Positions 62,951 to 64,000 of a DNA stretch of 64,000 nucleotides are shown here, one piece after another. The notes under the pieces are model-generated. The model saw nothing but the letters and a program-made list of their open reading frames with translations. It had not been told where the DNA came from and did not search any database. How positions within the stretch are numbered: position 1 is the stretch's first letter; each line of letters begins with the position of its first letter. The translations under genes and the position numbers were made by a program. The stretch is from Mobula hypostoma (lineage: Eukaryota), in NCBI RefSeq assembly GCF_963921235.1, contig NC_086097.1, positions 119,538,001 through 119,602,000 of the forward strand. The letters are read 5' to 3'.

Positions 62951-64000
62951 CGGTCCGGATGAGGTGCACCCAAGGTTTCTGAAGGAGTTGGCTTTGGAGA
63001 CTGTGGAAGCATTGGAAATGATCTTCCAGGAATCAATAGACTCTGGCATGGTTCCAGAGGACTGGAAGGTCGCAAATGTAGTTTCGCTATTTAAGAAAGG
63101 AAGGAGGCAGCAAAAAAAAAATTACAGACCTATTAGTCTGACATTGGTAGTTGGAAAGATATTGGAGTCAATCCTTAAGGACAAGGTTATGAAATACCTC
63201 GAGGTGCATGACAAGATAGGCCCAAGCCAGCAAGATTCTGCCTTACCAACCTATTGGAATTTTTTGAAGTAATCTCGAATAAGATTCACAAGGGAGAGGT
63301 TGTGGATGTTGTGTATTTGGATTTTCAAAAGGCCTTCGATAAGGTGTCACATATGAGGCTGCTTAATAAGATGAGAGCCCATGGAATTATAGGAAAGATA
63401 TTGAAATGGGTGCATTGGCTGATAGGCAGAAAGCAAAGGGTGGGAATAAAGGGATCCTATTCTGATTGGTTGCCGGTTACTAGTGGTGTCCCGCAGGGGT
63501 CGGTGTTGGGGCTGCTTCTTTTTACGATGTATATCGATGATTTGGATTATGAATTAAATGGTTTTGTGGCTAAGTTTGTGGATAACACCAAGATAGGTGG
63601 AGGAGCAGGAAATGTTGAAGAAACGGAAAGGTTGCAGAGAGACTTAGTCAGTTTAGGAGAGTGGGCAAAGAAATGGCAGATGAGATACAACGTTGACAAA
63701 TGTACGGTTGTACATTTCAGAAGAAGAAATAATCGGGCAGATTATTATTTAGATGGAGAGAAAATTCAAAAATCGGAAGTGCAAAGGGACTTGGGGGTCC
63801 TCGTGCAGGATACCCTAAAGGTTAACCACCAAGTTGGATCAGCGGTAAGGAAAGCGAATGCTATGTTGGCATTCATTTCAAGAGGAATAGTGTATAAGAG
63901 TAAGGAGGTGTTGATGAGGCTCTATGGGGCATTAGTGAGACCTCATTTGGAGTACTGTGTGCAGTTTTGGGCCCCCTATCTTAGAAAGGATGTACTGATG
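62951..64000 (+). mobile_element. 5'-truncated CR1 RT (runs off the window), same family as 29276-32572
   Basis: GPDEVHPR, DFQKAFDKV, GVPQGSVLG; near-identical to the reverse complement of about 30090-31130. Confidence 0.92.

Overview
Repeat-saturated eukaryotic (vertebrate) genomic DNA. The repeat mix (several CR1 LINE families with octamer tails, Rex1/Babar LINEs, Penelope-like elements and their short derivatives, tRNA-SINEs, Ty3/gypsy elements and solo LTRs, Tc1 and hAT relics) suggests a cartilaginous fish, which is inference only. No intact host gene, rRNA, tRNA gene or CRISPR array can be supported. Nearly all long ORFs are disrupted retroelement ORFs or their antisense shadows. The most interesting signals are at the RNA-structure level: (1) Penelope-derived short elements carrying minimal hammerhead ribozyme motifs, one with an intact core (37663-37696), and two that flip orientation at the ribozyme; (2) a complete 407-bp non-coding RTE-derived element with an 11-bp TSD whose first nucleotides can be drawn as an HDV-like ribozyme (8219-8625); (3) an inverted Penelope pair whose arms also share about 20 nt of flank (48307-52128). 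Several nested insertions have exact TSDs, and there is one weak two-exon host-gene candidate. All calls were made by eye; boundaries not defined by a TSD are approximate.
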